A DNA stretch of 64,000 nucleotides, taken from the NCBI GenBank assembly GCA_951406725.2, contig OX597838.1, positions 26,784,001 through 26,848,000 on the forward strand. Reading direction: 5' to 3'. Each line of letters begins with the position of its first letter. Positions within the stretch are counted from its first letter, which is position 1. A program made the position numbers and the translations under genes. Positions 12,031 through 24,904 of this stretch are shown piece by piece. Source of the DNA: Octopus vulgaris (taxonomy: Eukaryota). Below the pieces are notes generated by a model, which was not told the origin of the DNA, did not search any database, and saw only the letters and a program-made list of their open reading frames with translations.

Positions 12031-12984
12031 GTGGTCTCTGAAACATGACTGAAGGAGATAGGGTAAGGGGATGGGAAGAGAGAAAGAAGGAAAGTGATGT
12101 ACTTAAAATATGGAATGGTGGGGATGGGGAGGGAAGGGGGAGGCGAAAAGAGAGAGGAAATCAATAGAAAAAATAAGGAAAGAAAGAAAAGGAAGAATGA
12201 AAAGAAAGAAGAGAAAGAGACATTGCAGGAAAGAAAGAAGGAAGAAAAGAAAGAAAACAGAAAGAGAATAAAGAAAAGAAAAAGAGGAAGCAAGAAATAT
12301 ATAATGAAAGAAAGACAAAGCAAAAAGGAAGGAAAAACATCGAATGAAAATGAGAAAGAAATAATGAAATTCCCCCCCCCAATCACTGCCTGACAACTGG
12401 TCAGTGTATTTACATCCCTGTAACTTAGCAGTTTGGCAAAAGAGACCAATAAGTACTGGGATTGGTTCGTTTGACTAAAACCCTTCAAGATGGTGCTCCA
12501 GCACAGCCACAGTCAAATGACTGAAACAAGTAAAATATTAAAGGAATATTGTCATTTTAATGTCTATTTTTTGCTGCTTGCATGGGTCAGAAGGAATATG
12601 GATTGATGTCTTTCCTGTTGCCAACCCTCCTTTGTTTCCCCAAGCAAAATAATATTCCTTCATGACCCTTCACGTTTCCATGAAAGGTTGGAAATAAATG
12701 ACATGGCCTTGTCTTGACCACATCACTTGCTTACAAATTCGACGTGATGTTAAGACAAGGAGACATAATGACAAACAACACATTTAGAAATTAAGGATAT
12801 CTCAGATGCAATGAATGGCTGTGAAAAATACTTTTAGAAAATTGGGTAAAAATATCCCTTTAAGATAGAAAAAAAACACAGCCAGCAGCCACTGTAGAAA
12901 ATAGAACTCAGTACTGCTGAAATTCTGGCTGAGTGCTCTGTAGCATTGAGCTAAATGACCCCAACACACATTGCACTTCTTTCA

Positions 12985-13215
12985 GTTTCTTATTTCTTTA
13001 TTGCCCACAAGGGGCTAAACATAGAGGGGACAAACAAGGACAAAGGGATTAAGTCGATTACATCGACCCCAGTGCGTAACTGGTACTTAATTTATCGACC
13101 CCGAAAGGATGAAAGGCAAAGACAACCTCGGCGGAATTTGAACTCAGAATGTAACGGCAGATGAAATACCGCTAAGCATTTCGCTCGGTGTGCTAATGTT
13201 TCTGCCAGATCGCCA
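12985..13215 (-). mobile_element. SINE family A monomer
   Basis: Reverse complement of the family A sequence with tail GGGCAATAAAGAAATAAGAAA. Confidence 0.9.
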
Positions 13216-13694
13216 CCCAAATCCACTCGCAAATCTTAGGTTGGCCCAGGACTGTAAGAGAAAACAATCGCTCAGGGTGCCATGCAGTGGGGCTGAACCC
13301 AGAACCATGTGGTTGGGAAGAAAACTTAATGACATAGTCACATATATAAAATGTGTGTGACCCTATCCCTTTCATTCTGTCACATAATCAGAAGAAATAT
13401 TTGACCCCATATTAATGAAAACGGGTATGGGTGTGTGTAGGCGTGGGGTTTGGCTTGCTTCCCAGATACAGGGTTTCGGGCTCAGTCCCAGCATGTGGAA
13501 CCTTGGGCAAGTGTTTTCTCGTATAGCCCCAGGCCAACCGAAGCTTTGTGATCGAATTTGGTAGACAGAAATTACTGCCGCGTGTGAATGGGTGTGTGTA
13601 GGTGTAGGTGCTTGTGCCTCTCGGAGAGGGAAAGGGAATAATAACATAGTTAGACATTTTCTAGAATAAGTACCTGACAGAACTAAGTATTGTT

Positions 13695-13959
13695 CTAAGG
13701 CGGCGAGCTGGCAGAAACGTTAGCGCGTTGGGCAAAATGCTTAGGGGCATATCGTCTGCCGTTACATTCTGAGTTCAAATTCTGCCGAGGTCAACTTTGC
13801 CTTTCATCCTTTCAGGGTCAATAAATTAAGTACTAGTTACGCACTGGTGTCGATGTAATCAACTTAATCCTTTTGTCTGTCCTGACACTAAACGATGATG
13901 ATGATGATGATGATGTTTGTCCCCTCTATGTTTAGCCCCTTGTGGGCAATAAAGAAATA
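13695..13959 (+). mobile_element. SINE family A monomer carrying a tiny family E tail insertion (13884-13915)
   Basis: 16-bp TSD AGAACTAAGTATTGTT at 13679-13694 and 13960-13975; internal GACACTAAACGATGATGATG. Confidence 0.9.
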
Positions 13960-14084
13960 AGAACTAAGTATTGTTGGGCAGCTCCAGCTTGGCCTCAGTC
14001 AGATGACTGAGAAAAGTAAAATATATAAAAATGAAACAAGTGTCTTCTAGTTTAGCCCCGAGTCAACTAGTGCCTTGTGGCCTC

Positions 14085-15495
14085 ACACACACACAAGATG
14101 AAAACTGTGAGGAAGCCCATTGACTAGTAATGCCTGTTTGAAGTCCCCTGATAAAACTAATGTAACTCCTCCCATAGATTTATTGTTGCCTCTGGTGTCC
14201 TGCAAGGCCTTACCAAGAGCTTTCATTGCACCTCTATGTGGCATGGTGCATTTATCCCAAATGATAAGCTGGCATTGACACAACACTTCTGCTGAACCTG
14301 AATCTTTGCTTATGTTACAAAATGGACTGTCATCTGTGACCAGGTTTCGTGGCAATTTAAAAGCAGAGTGAGCTGTTCGTCCTTCCTGGGAGAATGGTGA
14401 CAGCAAAGCCAGACAATGGTACAGCAACTGCAATTCTTTTTTGTTGCCTTACCTTGGTGAGAAGCAATGTTACAAATGTTTTACCTGTGTCGCTGAGAGC
14501 ATTCAAGAAAGAAAATTCCTCTGCTTTTTTTTTTTTTCTGGCGATTATGGAACGCCACACAGACAGAGTATCAAACAGATGATGAAATGGACATATGTGT
14601 GAGAAAAAGAGAGAGAGCGAGAGAAAGCGAGCGAAGGCGTGTGTTGTCATGTATACGTACATACATAAATAAATAAGCATCTTTCTTGTATATGTGTGTG
14701 TGTGCCATTTAGACATCACTCTCTCACACACATACATACATACATGCAAAACGATGTATGCATATGTATTTATGTATGTACGTATACGTGAAAACACACT
14801 CCGGACCTTTTAGGTTTGAACGGCAGTTTTTCACATAATCTCTAGGTAACTAAAAAATTTTTTAAAGATCCCACACTTCTTCATTGACTCAAATACACAC
14901 ACACATACATAAATGTATACAAACGTACATAGAAAAACACACGTGTGCGCGCGAGTGACTACAGCGTGCAAAAGAAGAAAAAAGAATGTGTGACTTCAGA
15001 ACGAAATCAAACCTGGAGTGTGAGTGTGAGTGAACGTGAGAGAGTGAGTGAGTGAGTGAGAGAGAGAGAGAGAGCATTGCAAACAATGATTGAGATAAAC
15101 ATGGAATGAAAAAAAAAATCGTATAAATAAAAGCATGTTAAAGACTGTTTTGTACCGAATATATAAATTTGTGAATTTAGTAAATATTTGTTTCAGTAAT
15201 TTATCGTAGCTGTTTACAAATAGCGAACATTAAAAAAAAAAACGAGAGCGAGAGAGACTTTCGCCATTTTTACGTCAATACTGGAAGTTGACATTGGGAA
15301 ACGTTTTTGAAGAAGAGAATCATAAAAATCTAAAGCAGTATTTTATATTTTTAAGGCAAAAAATCAAATGAAGACACTATTATATGTCCGAGGTCAAATT
15401 ATTCATACATTATAAGTATGGAAGCAATTGGTGAAACCATTTTCGCGTGAAAAGCGAATCCACACACATCTCTATATTATATTATCAATATATAT
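14085..15495 (-). mobile_element. Helitron derivative with a PIF1-family helicase remnant
   Basis: Helicase remnant at about 14110-14525. The minus-strand start near 15495 (TATA..GATGTGTGTGGATTCGCTTTTCACGCGAAAA..CACCAATT) resembles non-autonomous Helitron 5' ends. Confidence 0.75.
14110..14525 (-). pseudogene. Frameshifted PIF1/RRM3-like helicase fragment (Helitron RepHel)
   Basis: Motifs across two frames: LNALSDTGKTF (Walker A), AVAVPLSGFAVTIL (Ia), GRTAHSAFKLP (Ib), LIIWDKCTM (II), GGVTLVLSGDFKQ (III). Confidence 0.9.
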
Positions 15496-15777
15496 AAGGT
15501 ATACATACATACATACATATATATACATACATACATACATATATATATATACATACATACATATATATATATACATACATATACATATACATATTTCTTT
15601 ACTACCCATAAAGGGCTAAACACAGAGGGAACAAACAAGGACAGACAAAGGGATTAAGTCAATTACATCGACCCCAGTGCGTAACTGGTACTTAATTTAT
15701 ACATACATACATATATATACATACATATACATACATACATACATATATACATACACACACACACACACACACACACA

Positions 15778-16335
15778 TGTTGGAAGTAAATAGAAACCTT
15801 TCATTTTCAAAATTTCTGATCTAAGCGTCTTAATGTTTTCAGCAATGTAGAATTTACAATGTAATTATTCTCTTTCATTCCAGGTGCCATTATGTTAAAC
15901 ATTTGCGAAGAGTAACTATGCCACACACAAAAAATTCAGCAGAACTGTCAGATTTCCAAAGAGGTCGTATTGTTAAGCAATCCGAGGCTGGTCTTAGCCA
16001 GCGAAAAATTGCCGAAAATCTTCAAATTCCTTTTGCTACTGTAAATAGAATTATAGCGTAATTCAAAAACCAAGAAAAAGAATCAATAGATTCTCGTCCC
16101 GGCCGACCTGGGCCCTTGGAAAGGAAGCTTCACCGTTTGAAGAGAAGTGTGGAAAACGAACCCCGTTCGAAGGCTTCTGACATTGCAAAACAGCTAGCTG
16201 TTAGTCCAAGAACGTGTGCTACATATCTGCATAAGCTTGGATATTATGGACGAGCAGCTAGAAGAAAATCTCTCCTTCAACCAATTAATATCAAATAAAA
16301 GATTTTGAAAATTAAAAGTGTCTATTTACTTCCTG
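15778..16335 (+). mobile_element. Internally deleted Tc1-like DNA transposon
   Basis: Imperfect TIRs GGAAGTAAATAGAAACCTTTCATTTTCAAAAT (15782-15813) and ATTTTGAAAATTAAAAGTGTCTATTTACTTCC (16302-16333). Confidence 0.88.
15918..16298 (+). pseudogene. Tc1 transposase N-terminal paired-like HTH domains; in-frame stop at 16059; no DDE domain
   Basis: [64 protein letters not shown]. Confidence 0.88.
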
Positions 16336-16364
16336 TATGTCTGTGTCTGTGTATGTATATATAT

Positions 16365-16570
16365 CATGTTGATTCGCTAGCTTCTGCACGCATTTTTTCC
16401 CTCTCCTTGTTTCTCTCCGTGTTTCTTTTCTGTGTATCTTTCTGTTGAAGAGCGTAGGCTCGAAACGTAAGAGACTTGTTTTATTTATATTCCTGAGCGC
16501 CATACTAATACAATTGTTTGTTTGTATTCCACCTGCCTTCGTCTTTTGTTTATTTTCATAAAGCTTCCCG

Positions 16571-16571
<1 letters not shown>
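16365..16571 (+). mobile_element. ~200-bp Penelope-like element with hammerhead motif, copy 2
   Basis: Homologous to 5523-5715; flanked by (TA)n. Confidence 0.6.
16437..16474 (+). ncRNA. Minimal type I hammerhead ribozyme motif (A6 to U variant)
   Basis: TCTTT-CTGTTGA-A-GAGC-GTAG-GCTC-GAAAC-GTA-AGAGA. Stem I is TCTTT/AGAGA, stem II is GAGC/GCTC, stem III is the palindrome ACGT, and the triplet is GUA. Confidence 0.5.
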
Positions 16572-16616
<45 letters not shown>

Positions 16617-16618
<2 letters not shown>

Positions 16619-17530
16619 TAGCCTTACAACCCAGTGTTGGCCAGTAAAGTATTCATGGAGTTGTTTGCCAGTTTGTAAAACGAGAATTCATGGTACTTCT
16701 GCATGTATGTATATTTAACCTAACTTCTGGACTCATTTAATTGGAACTATTCAAACAATAGCGATCAATTTACATGAGTAGAAGTTTTTTTTAAAACAAT
16801 TTTTATCCCGAAAATCACCTGTTACTTTTGGGGAAAGAGAGGAGAAAGTGAACGATGTATGAACGAGTATGTGAAATGGACGTGTGTGTATGTATGTATG
16901 TGTTTGTGAGAGAGAGAGTGCCACTTACACATACATGAGAACACACATTCACTCACACTCTCTCTCTCTCACACACACACATACATGCATATGTATTGAT
17001 GCATGTATGTATACATGACAACACATCCTTCACTCACTCTCTCTCTCTCTTTCACACACACGTCCATTTTATATTCCACTCTTTCACTTTAAAACAAAAA
17101 GAGTAAATAAATAAATTTTTTAGAGAAATTAATGAACTCCGGATAATGTAATCACATTCAGTTAGGAATATTTCTAAATGATTAAAATACTGTGTACGTC
17201 AAAAAGTTGACGTTTTTTTTTTCTTAGAGAGGTCGAAGACTGTGTGTGTGTATGTGTCACAAATAGTGAACATGTTTGTGTTGATTGACATGCCATGACA
17301 TTCATTATATTTGTGTGTATTCTGTATGTGTGTATGTGTATTGACGAAACAGAAGCCATGTACTTTTTTCGTCAAGAAATAAACAAAAATTGTGTTTTCA
17401 TCATTTAAATAGAGGTCCAAATGTCACAAAAATTTGTACTGAACTGCCAAATGTAAGTGTGAAAATACATATGTAAAAAAAATAAGATAAAATATACTAT
17501 TTCTGAGATATTTCAGTTAGAAATGCACTC
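16617..17530 (-). mobile_element. Non-autonomous Helitron-derived segment
   Basis: Minus strand ends in a degenerate hairpin then CTAG|T at about 16617-16621. The 17010-17070 segment is the reverse complement of 14580-14660 in the neighbouring Helitron. Confidence 0.55.
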
Positions 17531-18222
17531 ATAGTTGAGTGTGTGTGTGCTTCCTCAGAGCTTCAGAAACAAAGTACAATTTTATTTGGGAAAGTATTGG
17601 GTTGTCCGGAAAGTTTGTGCCAATTTTTAAAGGAAAGAAAAAGGTCAATAAATACTTGCCATTACATTCAAATTATTTAAAAACAAGCTTATATCAGAGA
17701 ACCAGGTGTGGTCTCAGGCGGGTTAGTATCAAAAAGGTTAATTGCATTCAGGGCCTTACAAGGTAAACAAAACAAGGATTTTTTTTTTTTTCCTTCCTTG
17801 CCTCACAAATTTTATTCCAGTATCAAAACAGGAGAAATACATTCCAAGTGGGATGTGTCAACTGCATCACACCATTTTGTAATTAATTATGTAACATCTG
17901 CAACAAAGGTGAGTGAGTCACCTTCTGAGAATATGGGTACCATATTGTATCACCCCCAGTAGAACTCAGGAAAACTTAATTGTCTGGTAAACAATTAAGG
18001 TTCTTTATGGTTACATCACAAAACACTTTTACCACTAAGAAGGGGCTGAAGAATCTTCAACATAATTAAGACATCCACTTCCCCACCACCATATATATAT
18101 ATATACATACATACATACAAAACTAAACCTATTTATGACATAATTCATATATATACCCCTCCCATCACAAAAATGTAGACATTTGGGTGTCAATATATGT
18201 GTGTGTGTATATATATATATAT

Positions 18223-18224
<2 letters not shown>

Positions 18225-18257
<33 letters not shown>

Positions 18258-18300
18258 TAGATAGATAGATAGAAAGATAGATAGATAGATAGATACATAC

Positions 18301-18367
<67 letters not shown>

Positions 18368-18484
18368 CATAGATAGATAGATAGATAGATACATAGATAG
18401 ATACATAGATAGATACATAGATAGATACATAGATAGATAGATACATAGATAGATACATAGATAGATACATAGATAGATAGATAC

Positions 18485-18531
<47 letters not shown>

Positions 18532-18735
18532 TAGAGAGATAGATAGATAGATAGATAGATAGAAAGATAGACAGATAGATAGACAGATAGATAGACAGAA
18601 AGATAGACAATTAGAAAGACAGATAGATAGACAGAAAGATAGACAGATAGACAGACAGAAAGACAGACAGATAGATATATAGATAGATAGACAGACAGAC
18701 AGATAGATAGATAGACATAGAAAGATAGAAAGATG
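18225..18735. repeat. (GATA)n/(GACA)n tetranucleotide microsatellite
   Basis: Directly visible. Confidence 0.97.
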
Positions 18736-19579
18736 CATGTATGTATACAAGATATATACACACACAAAAGAAAAGTGAACCTTTTTATGACATAATTCTT
18801 ACATTAAGTACACATACTTTTCCCCCATCACAACACAACAGCTGTATACATATATGTATTTATGTATGAATATTGTTTATGTGTGTCTGTGTGTATGTAC
18901 ATATTTTCTTTATTACTTAATCAAAAGCAGAAACACAATGGCCAGGATCCCATTTTTTTAGGGGCTCCCAAACTGATGGGAGGAAGACAAGGAGAGAGGG
19001 AGAGAAAGTGAAATTTATTATCAGACTGGGACCGCCCCCCCCCCCGCCACCCAACCAGATATGAATGCTTACAACACAGTGGACATTGCTAAAGGCCACA
19101 CAAGGCCCAGGTGGGGTTGCTAGACCAAGGAGTCCGAGTAAGCCTACCACATACACACATCAGAAAGTGTGATGTAGGTGTGTGCATATAGGGGTGTTTT
19201 TTTAGGGGTAGGTCTGACATTGCGCCCAGTTTAATTTATGTCACCAACCAGCTGGTCCTTGGGTTCTTTTAGCAGAAGATCATCCACTCCCCGGAGGAGG
19301 GGGGGCTATCAGGGACAAACTCTGCAAACAGCTCATTGTAAACATTCAGCAGGATCGGATATCAACCTCATCAATCATGTAAGTGTAGAGTCTAGTTGGG
19401 AGGGCTTGCTGATAACATCAGGGGACACTGGTCCCCTTTCCTTCTAGGACTTAACAGAAAGAGAAGGAGAGAGGATGAGAAAGAGAAGGAGAGAAGATGA
19501 GAAGGACAAAAAGACAAAGACAGAGAGAGACAGAAAGACAAAAAGACAGAGAGAGAAAGAGGGAAATCTCTCTCTGATA

Positions 19580-19648
19580 TATGTGTGTGTGTGTGTGTAT
19601 ATATATATATAGATAGATAGATAGATATAGATAGATAGATAGATAGAT

Positions 19649-19679
<31 letters not shown>

Positions 19680-19920
19680 TAGATAGATATATATAGATAG
19701 ATAGATATAGATATATATAGATAGATAGATAGATAGATATATATAGATAGATAGATATAGATAGATAGATATAGATAGATAGATAGATATATATAGATAG
19801 ATAGATATAGATAGATAGATAGATATATATAGATAGATAGATATATATAGATAGATATAGATAGACAGGGATAGATAGATAAATAGATAGATAGATAGAT
19901 AGATAGATATATAGAGAGAG
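19580..19920. repeat. (GATA/TA)n microsatellite
   Basis: Directly visible. Confidence 0.97.
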
Positions 19921-20819
19921 AGAACTAGAAACAGAGGGAGATGAAAAGATATATAGATAGAGAAATAACTATTAACTAACAACATACAGCATCCTCATCC
20001 TGGTACCACTATCCCCACCACCACCCCCACTGTCATCTTGGAGCTTGTTTTACATCCAATTTTCATGCATGCAAAGGGGGGTGGGGGTTAGGAGAGGGTT
20101 GTTATCATGGTTGATTTTGTTGTTGTTGTTGATGTTGTTGTTCTCGTACAGAAACAATTGTTTTTACAGCTGGACAGATGTCCTCCCCCCTCCCCGACTC
20201 TACCACAAACCATTCAACCATGAAGCAGGAATGGAATATGATTTTGGAGGGGAGGGGCGGCCTTGTTTTTTTTTTTGTTTTTTTTTGTTTTTGTTTTTGG
20301 GAACTGGGAGGGAAGGAGGGAGGGAGGGGTAATTCTTTTTGGAAGCTGGTAGAGTTTGTATGTACTTTGTCCCCCCCACCTCTGCCCCCCTCCCACCCCC
20401 AGGGGTGATAGCTTGAATTTATGACAAAGTATGTAATGTGTTACAATGTTTTAAGTACCTTTTACCTCACACCCACTAAACCTCTCTCTCTCTCTCACTC
20501 TCTCTCTCTCTCTCTCTTTCTCCCTTGTCTCTCCTCCTCCTCCTCTCTCCTTCTCTTCCTTTCTGGTCAAACACTCTCTCGCCTTATGATATTGCTATAA
20601 CAGAAAGGCATGAAGACATGAAGGAATGCTGCATTGTCTTGAGAAATAATCTTGACTCAAGCACAAAGAAACACCAGATGCGGATCTGTTTCTGCAATAC
20701 ATAAATATTTAGATGCCTACATAAAATATACATCTATTATACATACAATGCACAAACAGCTGTATTAGACAATGTAAGGTACACAGATATACTGGAGTGC
20801 ATGAGTGTATACTCACGCA

Positions 20820-20828
20820 CATGCATAC

Positions 20829-20864
<36 letters not shown>

Positions 20865-20915
20865 ATACATATATTTAAATACATATATATATACATACAT
20901 ATATATACATATATT

Positions 20916-20947
<32 letters not shown>

Positions 20948-21153
20948 CACATACATATATATATACACATACATATATATATACACATACATATATATAT
21001 ACACATACATATATATATACACATACATATATATATACACATACATATATATACACATACATATATATATATACATACATATATATACACACATACATAT
21101 ATATACACATACATATATATATACATACATATATATACATATATTTACATACA

Positions 21154-21193
<40 letters not shown>

Positions 21194-21194
21194 C

Positions 21195-21225
<31 letters not shown>

Positions 21226-21589
21226 CACATACATATATATATACACATACATATATATACACATACATATATATATATACACATACATATATATATACAC
21301 ATACATATATATATACATACATATATATATATACATACATATATATATATACATACATATATATATATACATACATATATATATATACATACATATATAT
21401 ATATACATACATATATACATACATATATATATACATACATACATATATATACACATATATATATATACATACATATATATATATACATACATATATATAT
21501 ACATACATATATATATACATACATATATACATACATATATATATATACATACATATATATATATACATACATATATATATATACATACA

Positions 21590-21629
<40 letters not shown>

Positions 21630-21710
21630 CACATACATATATACATACATACATATATATGCATACATATATATATAATACATACATACATACATGCACT
21701 CTCACACACA
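20820..21710. repeat. Long compound (TA)n/TACA microsatellite
   Basis: Directly visible; source of the ~300-aa spurious ORFs. Confidence 0.97.
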
Positions 21711-22284
21711 TATTCTTGTACGCTTATTTGTTTCAGTCATTGTGACTGCAGCCATGCTGGAGCAATGCCTTTAGTCAAACAAATCAACCCCAGGACTTAT
21801 TCTTTGTAAGCCTAGTACTTATTCTATCAGTATCTTTTGCCGAACTACTAAGTTACAGGGATGTAAACACACCAACATCGGTTATCAAGTGATTGGGGGG
21901 GGGCAGATACACATCGTCATAACCGATGGAATGCCATGATGTGTGTGTGTATATATTGGAGCCTGTTGCAGCCATCTGGTTCACCAGTCCTCAGTCAAAT
22001 CGTCCAACCCATGCCAGCATGGAAAGCGGATGTTAAATGATGATGAAAACGTATCAGAAAAGGTGATGAGAGAAGTATGAAGCAATCAATACACAAGAAG
22101 CAGTGAATTACATCAAACTGAGAAAAAAAAAAAAAAAAAAAAATCCCACCCAGACCCTTAACAGGGTACGCCTCATTTCATTCCCTGTTTTACCCATTTT
22201 CTACCTATTTTTCTTGTTTTGGCTCCCACTTCTATAGGGGTGGAGGGATTAACATTCAAAATTTTAACAGATGATATCTGCCTG

Positions 22285-22330
22285 TTCTTCTGTTTATTTA
22301 CCTGTAAAATAAAACTTGTAAAACAAACCT
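22285..22330 (-). other. Candidate recursive splice site (weak)
   Basis: Minus strand GTTTGTTTTACAAGTTTTATTTTACAG|GTAAAT, junction 22302/22301. Confidence 0.25.
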
Positions 22331-23090
22331 TACGTCTAAAGAGCAGAACATGTTGAAGGCAGCAACCCCTATGTGGTCAATCAAATTGCAAGAAATGACA
22401 GTCAAATCTCGTTGAAATCACACCTCTTTTTTTTTTTTTTTTTACCTTTTACTTGTTTCAGTTGTTGGATTGTGATAACATTTTGAAGGGTTTTTCGAAC
22501 AATTCAACGCCTTTGTTGTTTTGAAGTTTGGTATTTCTTCTGCTGTCCAATGTGTTGAACAGTGCAAGAGAACCATATTTGCTGATACTGCTAAGTTATA
22601 TGGACACAAACAAACCAACACTGGTTGTGAAGTAATGGTGGGGGACATACACAAAGACACAAACACATACATTTATATATACATATATATATATATATGA
22701 CAGGCTTCCACAGTTTTTGTGAACAGTTCACTCAGAAGGAGTCAGTTGGCCTGGGGCTATGGTAGAAAACACTAGCCCAAGGTGCTGTGCAGTGGGACTG
22801 AACCTGAAACCATGTGGTTGCAAAGTGAGTTTCTTAACAAGACAGCCGTGGCTGCACCTTTGTCAATTATCTTGTCCTTTTTCCTTTTTAAAAGATATAT
22901 TGGTTAAAATAGTTTGGATTAAATTGATTCTATGTATATATGTTGTGGGTGCATTTTTGGTCATTAAATAAATTGGGATCCACATGATTGGCTGAACACC
23001 TTTGGCAGGAATTGAATGACTGAAGTCAGTAAAAGACCGTTTCCCCTCTCTCTCTCTCTTTGTATGTATATACAAAATATATATATACAT

Positions 23091-23255
23091 AGGCGCAGGA
23101 GTGGCTGTGTGGTAAGTAGCTTGCTTACCAACCACATTGTTCCAGGTTCAGTTCCACTGTGTGGCACCTTGGGCAAGTGTCTTCTACTAAAGCCTCGGGT
23201 CGACCAAAGCCTTGTGAGTGGATTTGGTAGACGGAAACTGAAAGAAGCCGGTCGT
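23091..23255 (+). mobile_element. CORE-like SINE, family B, 5' half
   Basis: AGGCGCAGGAGTGGCTGTGTGGTAAGTAGC..GAAACTGAAAGAAGCC. Confidence 0.9.
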
Positions 23256-23268
23256 ATATATGTGCATT

Positions 23269-23332
<64 letters not shown>

Positions 23333-23507
23333 TATATGTAAAAAAATACAAACTGGGACAAGAACGCAAAACATTTAGAAGACGATACAAAAAACACGGA
23401 CGGGACATTCAAAGCCTTCAATCTTCAGTCAAGAACCGGATCATCCTCGCAATTTCGGCTGATTAATCTTGAGATCTGGCCAGCCCCAAAGGAAAATCTA
23501 AGTCAAG

Positions 23508-23557
<50 letters not shown>

Positions 23558-24054
23558 TACATACATATCATCATCTTTTAATGTCCATCTTTTTTGCTGG
23601 CACATGTTAGATCATGAACCCATGCCAGCATAGAAGACAGATACTAAAAGACGATGTTGGCAATGGTGAAGGTCATCATGATAGGCAATTCAATAGATAA
23701 ATACGAGACACTTAAATAAACTACTGTGAAATGTATAAAGTTATTGCAATATTCTTGAAGTTGATAAGACATGTTTGTTCAGTCAGCAGAAGAAATCAAA
23801 GATGCTGATGTTGTTGCCATTACTGTTGATGTTGTTGTCCTTATTTAACCCCGAGTCAGCAAGGATTCAGGAGTTTTCTCCATGATCAAAGATGTTCCAT
23901 AATTTTACTTGTACAATAACTGCTTAATTTCCAAAGACTGCAAATTGGCAGAATTGATACAGTATCAGACAAAATGCCTCGTCGTGTTTGTTCCAGCTGT
24001 CTACATTCCAAGTTCAAATCCCATTAATTGTTTTATTTTATTTTATTATTTTTT

Positions 24055-24432
24055 TACTCGTTTCAGTCATTTGACTGTGGCCATACTGGGGCACCGCCTT
24101 AAAGGGTTCTTTAATCGAAGAAATCAACCTCAGGACTTATTCTTTGTAAGCCAAGTACTTTTGCTGAATCGCTAAGTTACGGGGACGTAAACACACCAAC
24201 ATCGGTTGTCAAGTGATGGTGGGGGACAAACACAAACATAGAGTACATATACATATATATACAAACACACACATACATATATATATATACACACACACGA
24301 CAGGCTTCTTTCAGCTTCCGTCTACCAAATCCACTCACAAGGATTTGGTCAGCCTGAGGCTACAGTAGAGGATACTTGAACCTGGAACCATGTAATTAGG
24401 AAGCAAGCTTTTTATCACACAGCCACGCCTGC
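24055..24432 (-). mobile_element. CORE-like SINE, family B
   Basis: Both halves present with an internal microsatellite. Confidence 0.85.
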
Positions 24433-24904
24433 ACTGTTAAGATCCTTTTTTTTTCTTTTCCACCCCCACCCCTCCTTTGGGACCAATAAATAAAGGATCA
24501 ATCCAGCAGAGTGGATTAGTAGGATTGCTAGAGTGGCGCCAAACAAGATGCCTAGCAATTTCTGTTCCAGGTCTTTGCATCCTAACTTCAAGTCCTACTC
24601 ACCACCTCGTGTAGCGTGAAATGGCCCCTTTGGGATGTGACTAACACCAATATGCCTCCAATGTTAGATGGAGCGACACCTCAGTTGGGATGACATCCTG
24701 GTCATACCAATTAAACAAGCGAAACCTGCACAAACTGTAAAAAATGCTAAAACAGGAAAAAAAAATAATAATAATTGCTAATTGCCAACTCTAAACCATT
24801 AATTATGGATACTGACTGAAAGAATATTAACCCATTTGTTACCATATTTCTACTGGAATACACAGTCCTTGCTTCAATTAGTCTTGAAAATAACGATGTG
24901 GGTG

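Noticed and set aside
14083-14433. Host PIF1 helicase gene
   Set aside because: Frameshifted, with DE changed to DK in motif II, and embedded in Helitron-like sequence.
20709-21809. Long ORFs of 260-334 aa (also at 2071-2526, 18035-18767, 57735-58413, 61523-62244)
   Set aside because: They are translations of TA/CA/GATA microsatellites, open in several frames on both strands.
24602-24746. Minus-strand coding exon bounded by TTTTAG and GTGAGT
   Set aside because: Stops in all three frames; a non-coding exon cannot be excluded but has no other support.
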